Of a DNA stretch of 64,000 nt, positions 1 to 8,880 are shown in pieces (the stretch's first letter is position 1; each line of letters begins with the position of its first letter). The DNA is from Phycisphaerae bacterium (GTDB lineage: Bacteria; Planctomycetota; Phycisphaerae; UBA1845; Fen-1342): positions 197,761-261,760 of the forward strand of contig CAXXWX010000023.1 of NCBI GenBank assembly GCA_963675745.2, in the 5' to 3' direction. Position numbers and translations under genes: made by a program. The notes under the pieces are model-generated. The model had not been told where the DNA came from. It saw only the letters and a list, made by a program, of their open reading frames with translations, and did not search any database.

Positions 1-459
1 TGCTGGTCGGTGTCGCCCGGGTCAGTCAGGAGCGTCATTACGTGTCTGACATCACCGCCGGCGCGGGCATTGCGTTGATTACAGTGCATCTTTGCGTGCT
101 ATGGTTGGGGCGCGGCCATTTCCCGCCGTTGCGCTCGGTTGATGTGTCCGGCGAACCTGAGACCGCGGCGCAATCCTCGGTTTTGCCGGAACCGGCCCCA
201 ACGTAGCTCACGTCGGGTGCTGCCTCCACCACCTGGTGTCGCAGGCTTTCGGCCCATTCCCGGGCCGACGCGGCGGCCCGGTGTCCGAGATGGTCGCACA
301 TCCGCTTCGTGTGTTCCGCGCCTTTCCGTCGCGACGCACATGGTCAAGCGGGTTGCTTTCCGATATAAAACCCATGGTTGGCTGGACGTGTCGCGGCGGC
401 TGCCGGTTTCCGCCGGGCGACGTCACGGTGGATTTGCGACGAACACATGTGATCATTCG

Positions 460-1011
460 ATGGCTCTGAAGCTCACAAACCGCCGCGTTATGCTCCTGAC
501 GGCCTCCCTGGCGCTGCTGACCAGCGCGTGCCAACGCAACACCGCCACCGTCAGCTTTGACCATCCCGAAATGGCGGCGTGGATCGAGCTCATGATGCCG
601 CAGCGCATCGAGATCCAGAAATTCACGCAACCGATCAGCCGTACGGGGGACGGCAAGGCCGATGCGCTGGAGGTCATTCTCGGGTGTGTTGATTCGACCG
701 ACGAATTCACGCGGGTGGTCGGGACGTTTCAGTTCGAGCTGTACAAGCGCCAGTTGACGCGCGGTCTCAAGCTGGAAGAGCGGGTGGCCTACTGGCGGCG
801 CGAAGTGCGCACGGCCGAGCAGGCCAACGAATACTGGGAGCGCTACGCACGCTACTACCGCTTCCCGCTGTCACTCACCGACGGCCCCCCACCGGCGGGC
901 GCATACCTGCTCAAGGCCCAGTTCACGACGCCCGTCGGGGAACATCTTTTTGACGAGTTTCTCGTCGAGTTCAGCGATGATCCCGTGCCGCCTCTGGAAG
1001 CGCGATATTAA
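460..1011 (+). CDS. Hypothetical lipoprotein
   Basis: Within ORF 139..1011. ATG at 460 gives a basic N-terminus, a hydrophobic stretch and lipobox LTSAC. Confidence 0.6.
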   Translation: MALKLTNRRVMLLTASLALLTSACQRNTATVSFDHPEMAAWIELMMPQRIEIQKFTQPISRTGDGKADALEVILGCVDSTDEFTRVVGTFQFELYKRQLTRGLKLEERVAYWRREVRTAEQANEYWERYARYYRFPLSLTDGPPPAGAYLLKAQFTTPVGEHLFDEFLVEFSDDPVPPLEARY

Positions 1012-1184
1012 CAGCCCTTGTCAATCCAACCGTGACGCGGGGCCAGAGCGCCTTTTCCGCTCTGAATATGTGAGGGCGGACGCCGACCATCATCGGGCTT
1101 TCCCGTATAAGATCATTGCACGAATCTAAGCGCACGCTTATTCACCGGATTGAGCTTGTGACCGCGTTTGCTGGGATGTCGAGG

Positions 1185-3548
1185 ATGAAACTGAAGCTTT
1201 CGCTGTTGGCCGTGTTGGCCGTCATGCCGCAACTTGCCGCCGCCAAGCCGCCTGCTCTTGCGGCGCGGCTGCTGCTGGATCGTGATGGGATTGCGCCCGG
1301 CACATCCGCCACGCTGGCCGTCCAGATTGACATTCCCGAGAGATGGCACATCTATCACCCGCTGCTGCTCGACACGGGGCTGCCGACCAAAGTCGAGTTC
1401 GAGTTACCCGCGGGCGTCAGTGTTGGCCCCATCCAATACCCCCGCCCGGAATACGGCCAGGCCGAGGATATCGCCTACCTGGCCTACGGGGGTCGCGCGG
1501 TTCTGCTCACGGAAATCGCGGTTGACGCGTCGGTGCGGGCCGGGCAGAGACTCCCTGTGAAAGCCGAAATCAACGCCCTGCTCTGCGAGGATAATGGCCT
1601 GTGCATGCCTGTCACCGCACTGGCGACGACGCTGTTGCCGGTGAGCGCGGCCGACGGCGCGCGCGCCAATGAAGAACTGTTCGAAGAGGCGCGCGCCAAC
1701 ATCCCTCATCCGCTTGCGAAAGCCCCGTATCTGAAAGGAAGCCGCGCGCTTGTTTCGCACAGCCGGCTTCCGATCGGCGCCGCCGGCGAGGTAATCGTTG
1801 CCCTCAACATCGAACCGGGCCATCACATCAACGATCGCGACCCCGGCGGCGAGAGTCTCATTCCCACACGGGTTCTGATCGAATCGGTCGACGGCCTGGA
1901 GCTTGATCTCGAAAACCAGAGGTGGCCGAAGCCGACGGTAACTGAGCAGCGGTTTGTCGGTACGGTGCGGCACCAGCACGGCCTGGCGGTAATCCGCACC
2001 CCGCTTGTGGTCAGCGACCAGGAGTTCACGCCACGACCGGTCGAGCTGCGCGTACTGGTAGAGTATCAGGCGTGTAAGGATGGTGGACAGTGCTTCCTGC
2101 CGGAATGGGCCGAGACCACGGTCAGCTTCACCGTTGTGCCGGCCGACGCTCCGGCAGTGCTGGTCGATGATGATCTGGTCGGGGCGGACGAGACTGAGGA
2201 CGACCCTGACGGCGCTGCGGCGCCGGAGCAGCGATCGGCCGCCGGCATGCTGGTCGTGTTTCTCTTCGCGTTTCTGGGCGGGATCGTGCTGAACGTCATG
2301 CCCTGCGTGTTGCCGGTGATTTCGCTCAAGATCTTTGGCTTCATGCAGCAGGCCGGTGAGTCGCGCGCGCGCATCCTGAACATGGGCCTGGCTTACGCCG
2401 CAGGCATCATGACCAGTTTTCTGGTCGTGGCGCTGGTGATGGTGATCGTCATCCCCGGCGCGACCTGGGGCGCGGTCATCATGCAGAGCCCCACGGCACT
2501 GATCATCATGTGTGCAGTCGTGGTGGCTTTTGGATTGAGCATGTTGGGCGTGTTCGAGTTTCTCCTGCCGGGCGCGGCGATGAACGCCGCCAGCCAGGCG
2601 AGTGAGAAGGAAGGTTACGGCGGCGCGTTCTTTCACGGCGTGCTGGCGACGGTATTGGCCACTCCCTGCACCGGACCGTTCCTGGGGTTCGCGCTGGGCG
2701 CGCTGGCTACGCTCAGCAAGCCGCTCATGTTCCTCGGTATCATGACGGTCGGGCTGGGGCTGGCGTTTCCTTATGTCCTGCTGACGGCCTTCCCGAACTG
2801 GCTGCGCTACATGCCCAAGCCGGGCAACTGGATGGTGACGCTCAAACAGCTCATGGGCTTCATCATGCTCGCGGTTCCCCTGTGGTTGCTGTGGATACTG
2901 CAATTCCATGGCGGCGCCGCGCAGGTCTTGTGGACGCTGACCTTCCTCTTTGCGGTGGCAATCGCCTGCTGGATGCTGGGCAAGATCGACCTGAACGCTT
3001 CAACGGGCAAAACGCTCGGCATCTGGGTCTTGGCGCTGGCGGTTCTGGCGGCAGGCTGGTTCACCGGCAAGTACTTCTTCAAACCCGGCGTCGATCGTTT
3101 CGTCCACACGCTGACGGCAGCGCAGTCAGGTTCGGAAGGCGCCATCGCCGGCGAAGGCATTGAGTGGCGTGCCTGGGAACCGGGCATCGGCCCCCGACTG
3201 GCCCGCGAAGGCCACACCGTGTTCATGGATTACACCGCCGCCTGGTGCCTGACCTGCCAAACCAACAAGCTCGCAGTGATCGAGACGGCAGCGGTGCGGG
3301 CCAAATTCCGCGAGTTGGGCGTAATCGCGGTCAAGGCGGATCTCACGCGTGACAACCCGGAGATCGCCAGGGAAATCCGCACACATGGTCGCAACGGCGT
3401 CCCCGTGAACATTGTTATCCCGGCAAACAAACCGGAGGCGCCGATTCTGCTCCCGGAGCTGCTCACGCGGAGCATGGTTTTCGACGCCCTGGAAAGCGCC
3501 GGTCCATCCAAAACGGCAGATCCTGCCGCCGTGCCTGACGACGATTAG
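1185..3548 (+). CDS. dsbD: Thiol:disulfide interchange protein DsbD/ScsB-like with two N-terminal Ig-like domains
   Basis: Signal peptide; two alpha-domain Cys pairs (LCEDNGLC, ACKDGGQC); TM domain with NVMPCVLP and LATPCTGP; C-terminal thioredoxin WCLTC. Start chosen at ATG 1185 of ORF 1116..3548. Confidence 0.88.
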   Translation: MKLKLSLLAVLAVMPQLAAAKPPALAARLLLDRDGIAPGTSATLAVQIDIPERWHIYHPLLLDTGLPTKVEFELPAGVSVGPIQYPRPEYGQAEDIAYLAYGGRAVLLTEIAVDASVRAGQRLPVKAEINALLCEDNGLCMPVTALATTLLPVSAADGARANEELFEEARANIPHPLAKAPYLKGSRALVSHSRLPIGAAGEVIVALNIEPGHHINDRDPGGESLIPTRVLIESVDGLELDLENQRWPKPTVTEQRFVGTVRHQHGLAVIRTPLVVSDQEFTPRPVELRVLVEYQACKDGGQCFLPEWAETTVSFTVVPADAPAVLVDDDLVGADETEDDPDGAAAPEQRSAAGMLVVFLFAFLGGIVLNVMPCVLPVISLKIFGFMQQAGESRARILNMGLAYAAGIMTSFLVVALVMVIVIPGATWGAVIMQSPTALIIMCAVVVAFGLSMLGVFEFLLPGAAMNAASQASEKEGYGGAFFHGVLATVLATPCTGPFLGFALGALATLSKPLMFLGIMTVGLGLAFPYVLLTAFPNWLRYMPKPGNWMVTLKQLMGFIMLAVPLWLLWILQFHGGAAQVLWTLTFLFAVAIACWMLGKIDLNASTGKTLGIWVLALAVLAAGWFTGKYFFKPGVDRFVHTLTAAQSGSEGAIAGEGIEWRAWEPGIGPRLAREGHTVFMDYTAAWCLTCQTNKLAVIETAAVRAKFRELGVIAVKADLTRDNPEIAREIRTHGRNGVPVNIVIPANKPEAPILLPELLTRSMVFDALESAGPSKTADPAAVPDDD

Positions 3549-3734
3549 CCAGCGCGGCCCATTTCGTCCGATATCTAAAGGAGCACCTTGCAGCGCGCCG
3601 ATAAAACGGGAGCGGGTTCGGTAGCGCGCCGAAGCAGCGCTTTGCCAGACCTCGCGGTGCTACTCGCCTCGTGCCGATAGCAGTTGCTGTCAAGACTGCA
3701 CGTTGGCGGCATAGGAGGCCATCAGGTGTCAAGA

Positions 3735-4856
3735 ATGCGGAAAGAAGGGCTCGTCATTCTGGCTTTGAGTTTAGCGCTGGTCCCGGTGTCGCTGTTTGTC
3801 GGGTGTCAGCACGCAGATCACCGCAGCGCGGACGTCACGATAGACCAGTCGATACCCAGCGCGACAAGGCCTGCTCTTGCAACGCAGCCCGGCACGACAG
3901 CCACGAGAAACCGCACTGTCGCGGGCATGACGCAGCACACCTTCGCCGGCGCCGGGCTCGACTTTGACCCGGATGTCGATTCCGCGGGCAGAGAATTGGT
4001 CTTCGCATCAACGCGCGATTCGGAGCATCCAGACATCTACATCAAACACGAACTCAGCGGCACTGCCACACGACTCACCAGCAACCCGGCCGACGATATC
4101 CAACCGCGCTTCAGCCCGGACGGCACGCGGGTCGTGTTCTGCTCGAATCGGGGAGACAACTGGGATCTCTGGCTGGTCAATCGTGACGGAACCGGGCTGC
4201 GGCGGCTTACGCACGATGTCGGGGACGAAGTCGCGCCCTGCTGGGCCGCGGACGCGAGCAAGATCGCGTTCGCAAAATGGACGCGCCAGACACGCCGCTG
4301 GGAGGTCTGGACGCTGGATGTGGAACAGCCCGGCGTTCGCCGCTTTCTGGCCTGCGGGATGAACCCTGATTGGTCGCCGGACGGATCGCGGCTGGCGTTT
4401 CAGCGGGCTCGCCGGCCGGGTTCGCGCTGGTTCAGCATCTGGACCATGCCGGTGGCTGAAGGTGCGGAAAGCGATCCCACCGAGCTGGCTCAAAGCCCGA
4501 CGGCGGCCTGCATCGCCCCGCGGTGGTCACCCGATGGCAGCCAGATAGTGTATTGCGTCGTGTCGCCACCAGTCGCGACCGGCGTGACGGATAGCCGACA
4601 GATGGTGACCGAATTGTGGGTGGCAGATGCGGAGACGGGCGCGACGAGCCAGCTTGGGATTGGTGGCCACCCGGGGTTCAACCCGACGTGGGCGCGCACG
4701 GGACGCGTGTACTTCGTGTCGACGCAGGCGGGGCGTGAGCATGTCTGGTCGGTCCAGGCTGGCGACAGCAGGCGACTATTATCGGACGCCGGGGGCGTGG
4801 CACCACACTTGCGCGGCAACCGCCGCCAATATAGCATCGAAACCGCTTCCGACTAG
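3735..4856 (+). CDS. TolB-like PD40 beta-propeller lipoprotein
   Basis: Repeated PxFSPDG/PxWSPDG motifs; lipobox FVGC. Confidence 0.85.
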   Translation: MRKEGLVILALSLALVPVSLFVGCQHADHRSADVTIDQSIPSATRPALATQPGTTATRNRTVAGMTQHTFAGAGLDFDPDVDSAGRELVFASTRDSEHPDIYIKHELSGTATRLTSNPADDIQPRFSPDGTRVVFCSNRGDNWDLWLVNRDGTGLRRLTHDVGDEVAPCWAADASKIAFAKWTRQTRRWEVWTLDVEQPGVRRFLACGMNPDWSPDGSRLAFQRARRPGSRWFSIWTMPVAEGAESDPTELAQSPTAACIAPRWSPDGSQIVYCVVSPPVATGVTDSRQMVTELWVADAETGATSQLGIGGHPGFNPTWARTGRVYFVSTQAGREHVWSVQAGDSRRLLSDAGGVAPHLRGNRRQYSIETASD

Positions 4857-4865
4857 GAATCTTGA

Positions 4866-5744
4866 TTGATGAGTACGCTCCGACATTCCTACCTCGCAGC
4901 AGCGCCAGACGCGATGTCCTTGCGCGACAAAACTCGCCGCGACGCACGACACGTGAAAGCGGCCTATAATATAGTGCGAGCCAGCCGGGCTAAGGCGGTG
5001 GCCGTGACATCAGGACAACTCTCACGGCTGGTGGTTCAAGCCGCTTTGATGGTTGCGCTCATTCCGTACGCCGGATGCACGCAGCGCGAGGACCGTATAG
5101 ACACGCAGCGTGCCAACGAGGCCCCCACCGTCATCGTGGTCGCACCGGTCATCAATCTAAGTGATAACGCTGATATCGATACGCTGAAGGTGACGGATTG
5201 GGTCGCGTCTGAACTGCTGGAGTTTCCGGGTTTCGCGGTGATACCGGTCAACATGACGCTGGCCGCCCTGGTAAGGCAGGGCAAGGCGCGCGTCGAGACG
5301 CCCGGTGACGCGCGCTGGTTGGCCAACGAATTCGATGCCGACGCCACGCTGGTGGCCGCGATAACCGAATACGACCCCTATGATCCGCAGCGCGTCGGAC
5401 TGATCTTGCAGTGGTACGGCCAGAAGCGGAGCGTGCGATCATCACCCGGTCTGGAGACCGGCTCGCGTCAGGCCGGATCAGTGACGCCGGCAAGCGGAGG
5501 ATCGGAGGGCGACGCGCCGGCCTACCAGGTACAGCGCAGCTTTAGCGCGGCGGACGAACGCGAGCTGGAGTTGCTGCGAGCATATGCGTCCAGTCGCGGC
5601 GGCGAGAACAGCCCCTACGGGTGGCGAAAATACGCCAAGTCGCAAGAGCTGTTCGTCCGTTACTGTTTATGGTCGATGATTGGGCCGATGGAAGACGTGC
5701 GGAAAGCAGATAACTCACTAGCGACGTCGGACGAGGCGGAGTGA
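4866..5744 (+). CDS. Hypothetical lipoprotein (true start probably ~5000-5050)
   Basis: Long ORF with hydrophobic segment and YAGC lipobox; stop overlaps the next start (GTGA). Confidence 0.6.
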   Translation: MMSTLRHSYLAAAPDAMSLRDKTRRDARHVKAAYNIVRASRAKAVAVTSGQLSRLVVQAALMVALIPYAGCTQREDRIDTQRANEAPTVIVVAPVINLSDNADIDTLKVTDWVASELLEFPGFAVIPVNMTLAALVRQGKARVETPGDARWLANEFDADATLVAAITEYDPYDPQRVGLILQWYGQKRSVRSSPGLETGSRQAGSVTPASGGSEGDAPAYQVQRSFSAADERELELLRAYASSRGGENSPYGWRKYAKSQELFVRYCLWSMIGPMEDVRKADNSLATSDEAE

Positions 5745-5959
5745 TGACGACGGTGACGAGTCGTAGCCTGGTGCTGAAGAAGGGGCGCCACCGTTACGCG
5801 TTCTCGTACCGCGAAGGGCAGGAATCGGCGGTGCTGGCGGCAATGGTGAGCCTGGCCGACGACGAACGTAGTGATTTTGACTGGTTTGACGCGGCGGTCC
5901 TGAGTTACGAGATGGGGCAGCCACGGGGAATGGAACTGGAGCTTGAGCGGGCGCGTTAA
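5741..5959 (+). CDS. Small hypothetical protein
   Basis: Overlaps the upstream stop; globular-looking sequence (FDWFDAAVLS). Confidence 0.65.
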   Translation: MMTTVTSRSLVLKKGRHRYAFSYREGQESAVLAAMVSLADDERSDFDWFDAAVLSYEMGQPRGMELELERAR

Positions 5960-6060
5960 GCGGATGTTAGCGCGACGGATTCGGCAGTAGGCCCATATGT
6001 CACGCGGACGACGATCGGAGTACGTCGCCTGACATGGTATTCGCCGAAGTGTGATAAACG

Positions 6061-7080
6061 ATGAATGAGCAAAACAGCCTTATCGAACGGTTCATCAACT
6101 ACCTGGTTGCCGAGCGTCACTTCTCGCCGCACACCTCGCGGTGTTACGGCGCGGACTTGCAGCAATTCTGCGAGTACTTGTGCGCGCCGCCCGAGGGTGC
6201 CGGCAACGCCACGGGTGCGAATCCGCAGGGCAACGGGCAAGGTGGCAGCGCTCAGTTGGTGCGCAGCCGAGATCGCAAATCGGTGCTCGATGATGTACCG
6301 GTCGAGGAACTCAACCCGAAATTGCTGGCGGTGGATACCGACGCCGTGCGGGTCTTCATGAACCACCTGCGCGAGAAGAACTACTGCAAGAGCACCTCGG
6401 CCCGCAAGCTGGCCACGTTGCGCAGCTTCTACAAGTTTCTGGTGCGACGCGGCTACGCGACTGAGAACCCGGTCGCACCGATTCGCACCCCCAAGCAGGA
6501 CAAGCGTCTGCCCAAGTACCTCGACATCGGCGACGTCGAGAAACTGCTGTCCAATCCGGACACGACCACGCTGCTCGGATCGCGCGACCGCGCCATGCTG
6601 GAGACGCTGTACTCGACCGGCATGCGCGTGAGTGAGCTGGTGGCGCTGGACATCAACGATCTTGATCTACAGACAAACGCCGTGCGGGTGCATGGCAAGG
6701 GCAAGAAGCAGCGTGTAATCCCGATCGGTCCGGGTGCGGTGCAGGCGATTCTGCACTTCCTGGATCTGCGTCGAAACGATGCGCGCGCGGCGGCCTTCCA
6801 CCAGAACGCGCTCTTCATCAACAAGCACGGTCAGCGGCTGAGCACGCGCAGTGTCCGCCGCAAGCTCGACAAGTACCTGCTCGAAGCCGGCCTCGACCTG
6901 TCGATCAGCCCGCACACGTTGCGGCACAGCTTCGCCACGCACATGCTCCAGCGCGGTGCCGATCTGCGCAGCGTTCAGGAAATCCTGGGCCACCAGAGCC
7001 TGAGCACCACGCAGATCTACACGCACCTCACCGGCGAGACGGTGAAGGAAGAATACCTCGAATCGCATCCGCGCGCCTGA
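6061..7080 (+). CDS. xerC: Tyrosine recombinase XerC
   Basis: RKLATLRSFYKFL, RDRAMLETLYSTGMRVSEL, GKGKKQR, HTLRHSFATH, LGHQSLSTTQIYT; catalytic R-K-H-R-H-Y residues all present. Confidence 0.88.
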   Translation: MNEQNSLIERFINYLVAERHFSPHTSRCYGADLQQFCEYLCAPPEGAGNATGANPQGNGQGGSAQLVRSRDRKSVLDDVPVEELNPKLLAVDTDAVRVFMNHLREKNYCKSTSARKLATLRSFYKFLVRRGYATENPVAPIRTPKQDKRLPKYLDIGDVEKLLSNPDTTTLLGSRDRAMLETLYSTGMRVSELVALDINDLDLQTNAVRVHGKGKKQRVIPIGPGAVQAILHFLDLRRNDARAAAFHQNALFINKHGQRLSTRSVRRKLDKYLLEAGLDLSISPHTLRHSFATHMLQRGADLRSVQEILGHQSLSTTQIYTHLTGETVKEEYLESHPRA

Positions 7081-7274
7081 CAGCGCGCCACAGCCATCGC
7101 CGCCCATCTCCCGAGGCCGGCGCCGGAGTCATCCGGCGCCGGCCTCGTTGGTTTTTGGCTCGCTCTTCTTCGCTCGTCTCGCAATTGTGCGTGTCGGCAA
7201 CTGGCGAGGTCGGTGGTTGGCGCGCCATAATGCGTCTCGCCGATGGGCGGGACCATGCGCGAGGAGTGTTAGAG

Positions 7275-7856
7275 ATGGCTGACGAACCAAGACAACCGGC
7301 CGCAGCGCAGAATCCACCGGATGCGGAGATGATGCGCACGCCGACTGACGAAGAACAAGCGCCGCTCGATCCGCGCAGCGAGCGTGATCTGTGGCAGGGC
7401 CGGCAGAGTTGGAAGACGACTTACCCGACGGTGTTTGTGTGGACGGTTGTGACCATCCTGGCCATCATCCTGGTCGCAGTGTGGCAGAAAGAGTGGACGG
7501 GGCCCTTAATCGCCGCCGGTGTCGGCGTGCTGATCATGCTCGCCATGCTGGCGCGTACGGCGTACAGCATCTTCAGCAACTCGTACCGCATCACCACGCA
7601 ACGTCTGTTCATCAGACGGGGCATCCTGACACAGACCGTCAACCAGACTGAGCTGCTCCGCGTTGATGATGTGAAGATGACGCAGACGCTGCTGGAGCGC
7701 GTGCTCGGCATCGGGACCGTCGATGTCCTGTCGAGTGACCGAACAGATGCCAGCATCCGCATCGTCGGTGTGGCGGAGCCGGCGCAGGTGGCCGAGCACA
7801 TTCGCCGCCACACGCGGACGCTTCAGAAGCGCACACTGTTCATGGAGAATCTGTGA
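7275..7856 (+). CDS. Membrane protein with bacterial PH (bPH_2) domain
   Basis: Two TM helices, then YRITTQRL..RGIL..ERVLGIGTV; GAGGAG RBS before ATG 7275. Confidence 0.8.
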   Translation: MADEPRQPAAAQNPPDAEMMRTPTDEEQAPLDPRSERDLWQGRQSWKTTYPTVFVWTVVTILAIILVAVWQKEWTGPLIAAGVGVLIMLAMLARTAYSIFSNSYRITTQRLFIRRGILTQTVNQTELLRVDDVKMTQTLLERVLGIGTVDVLSSDRTDASIRIVGVAEPAQVAEHIRRHTRTLQKRTLFMENL

Positions 7857-8015
7857 TGGGGCATCGGCGACCGCCGAGATGTGCATGACTGGATGGCGGC
7901 CCCTATCATCAGAGGTTGACGAGTCATTGGCAGATCAACCGGGACGCAGGCCGCGTCACGGCGGGCGGACAGCAGTGCTGTGGGCCCGAGCGACGCCGCA
8001 TGGTAGGAATCCAAC

Positions 8016-8522
8016 GTGAAAGGACAAGCAGCGATGTTGATTTCGGATGCAGTTGTTGCGAAGCTGAACGAGCAGATTGTGAACGAGTTTTTCGCATCGA
8101 ACACGTACCTGGCGATGGCCTGCTACTTTAAGCGCCAGGGCCTGCACCTGCTCGCCAAACTGTTCCGCAAGCACGCCGTCGAGGAGCGCGAGCACGCGCT
8201 CAAGATCATCGACTACATCGAAGACCGTGCGGGCAAGGCCGAGCTCGGCGCCATACCTGTCCCCCAAAACGACTTCGCGTCGGTGGTCGAGGCCCTCGAG
8301 GCGGCGTACGAACACGAGAAGATGGTCAGCGAGCAGTTCTACGCACTCTGCGACCTGGCTGACAATCAGAAAGACAAATCCACCAGCAACTTCCTCGGCT
8401 GGTTCATAGACGAGCAGGTGGAGGAGGTGCAGTTGACCTACCAACTGCTGCAAGCCGGAAAGATGGCCGGTCCGGCCCTGCTCAGCGTAGAGGCCTATCT
8501 GGCACACATCGGCGACGATTAG
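8016..8522 (+). CDS. ftnA: Non-heme ferritin
   Basis: LNEQIVNEFFAS..YLAMA, EEREHA, HEKMVS and WFIDEQVEE ferroxidase motifs. Confidence 0.9.
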   Translation: MKGQAAMLISDAVVAKLNEQIVNEFFASNTYLAMACYFKRQGLHLLAKLFRKHAVEEREHALKIIDYIEDRAGKAELGAIPVPQNDFASVVEALEAAYEHEKMVSEQFYALCDLADNQKDKSTSNFLGWFIDEQVEEVQLTYQLLQAGKMAGPALLSVEAYLAHIGDD

Positions 8523-8749
8523 CAGTGTCACTGGCGTATGATTGATGCCTGCTAGCCGCGCGCCGGGACTGTGGCGACGACATATTTGGTCGGCGGATGG
8601 GCCGGGCTCCGCTGGGTTCGCGGCGCGCGGCTGCCGATCCGGCGGATGCAAGTGTAGATATCTGTGGCTGTGAGCCGCGACCAGAGCGTAAGTCTTTGGT
8701 TTTCAAGATGTTACGCAACACAGTGGTCATGGCGTCACTCTAGCTGTTT

Positions 8750-8778
8750 TTGACCCGACCCATAATCTGTCTTATACT
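8750..8778 (+). promoter_or_regulatory. Sigma70-type promoter of dnaG-rpoD
   Basis: TTGACC (8750-55), 17-nt spacer, TATACT (8773-78); about 100 bp upstream of dnaG. Confidence 0.7.
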
Positions 8779-8880
8779 TAGCTCAGGTGCGCTCGGGGGC
8801 GAAGGACGAACGAGCGCAGTGGGTTGGCGTGTTGGCGGGATCTCAACAGCGGAGCCGTAGGCCGCACTCAGCCGGTGCTG

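Noticed and set aside
1404..2909. Long antisense ORFs (also 18650..20008, 28966..30015, 56809..58122)
   Set aside because: They overlap well-supported genes and are expected shadows in high-GC DNA.
3576..3604. Sigma28-like promoter TAAA..GCCGATAA before the TolB-like gene
   Set aside because: The spacer is 17 nt rather than ~15 and there is no flagellar context; too weak to call.
6061..7080. xerC as the integrase of the island
   Set aside because: It has typical chromosomal Xer features, sits among housekeeping genes and is ~36 kb from the att fragment.
8686..8716. Chromosomal dif site near xerC
   Set aside because: The arms are separated by 19 bp rather than 6 and do not match XerC/XerD arms.
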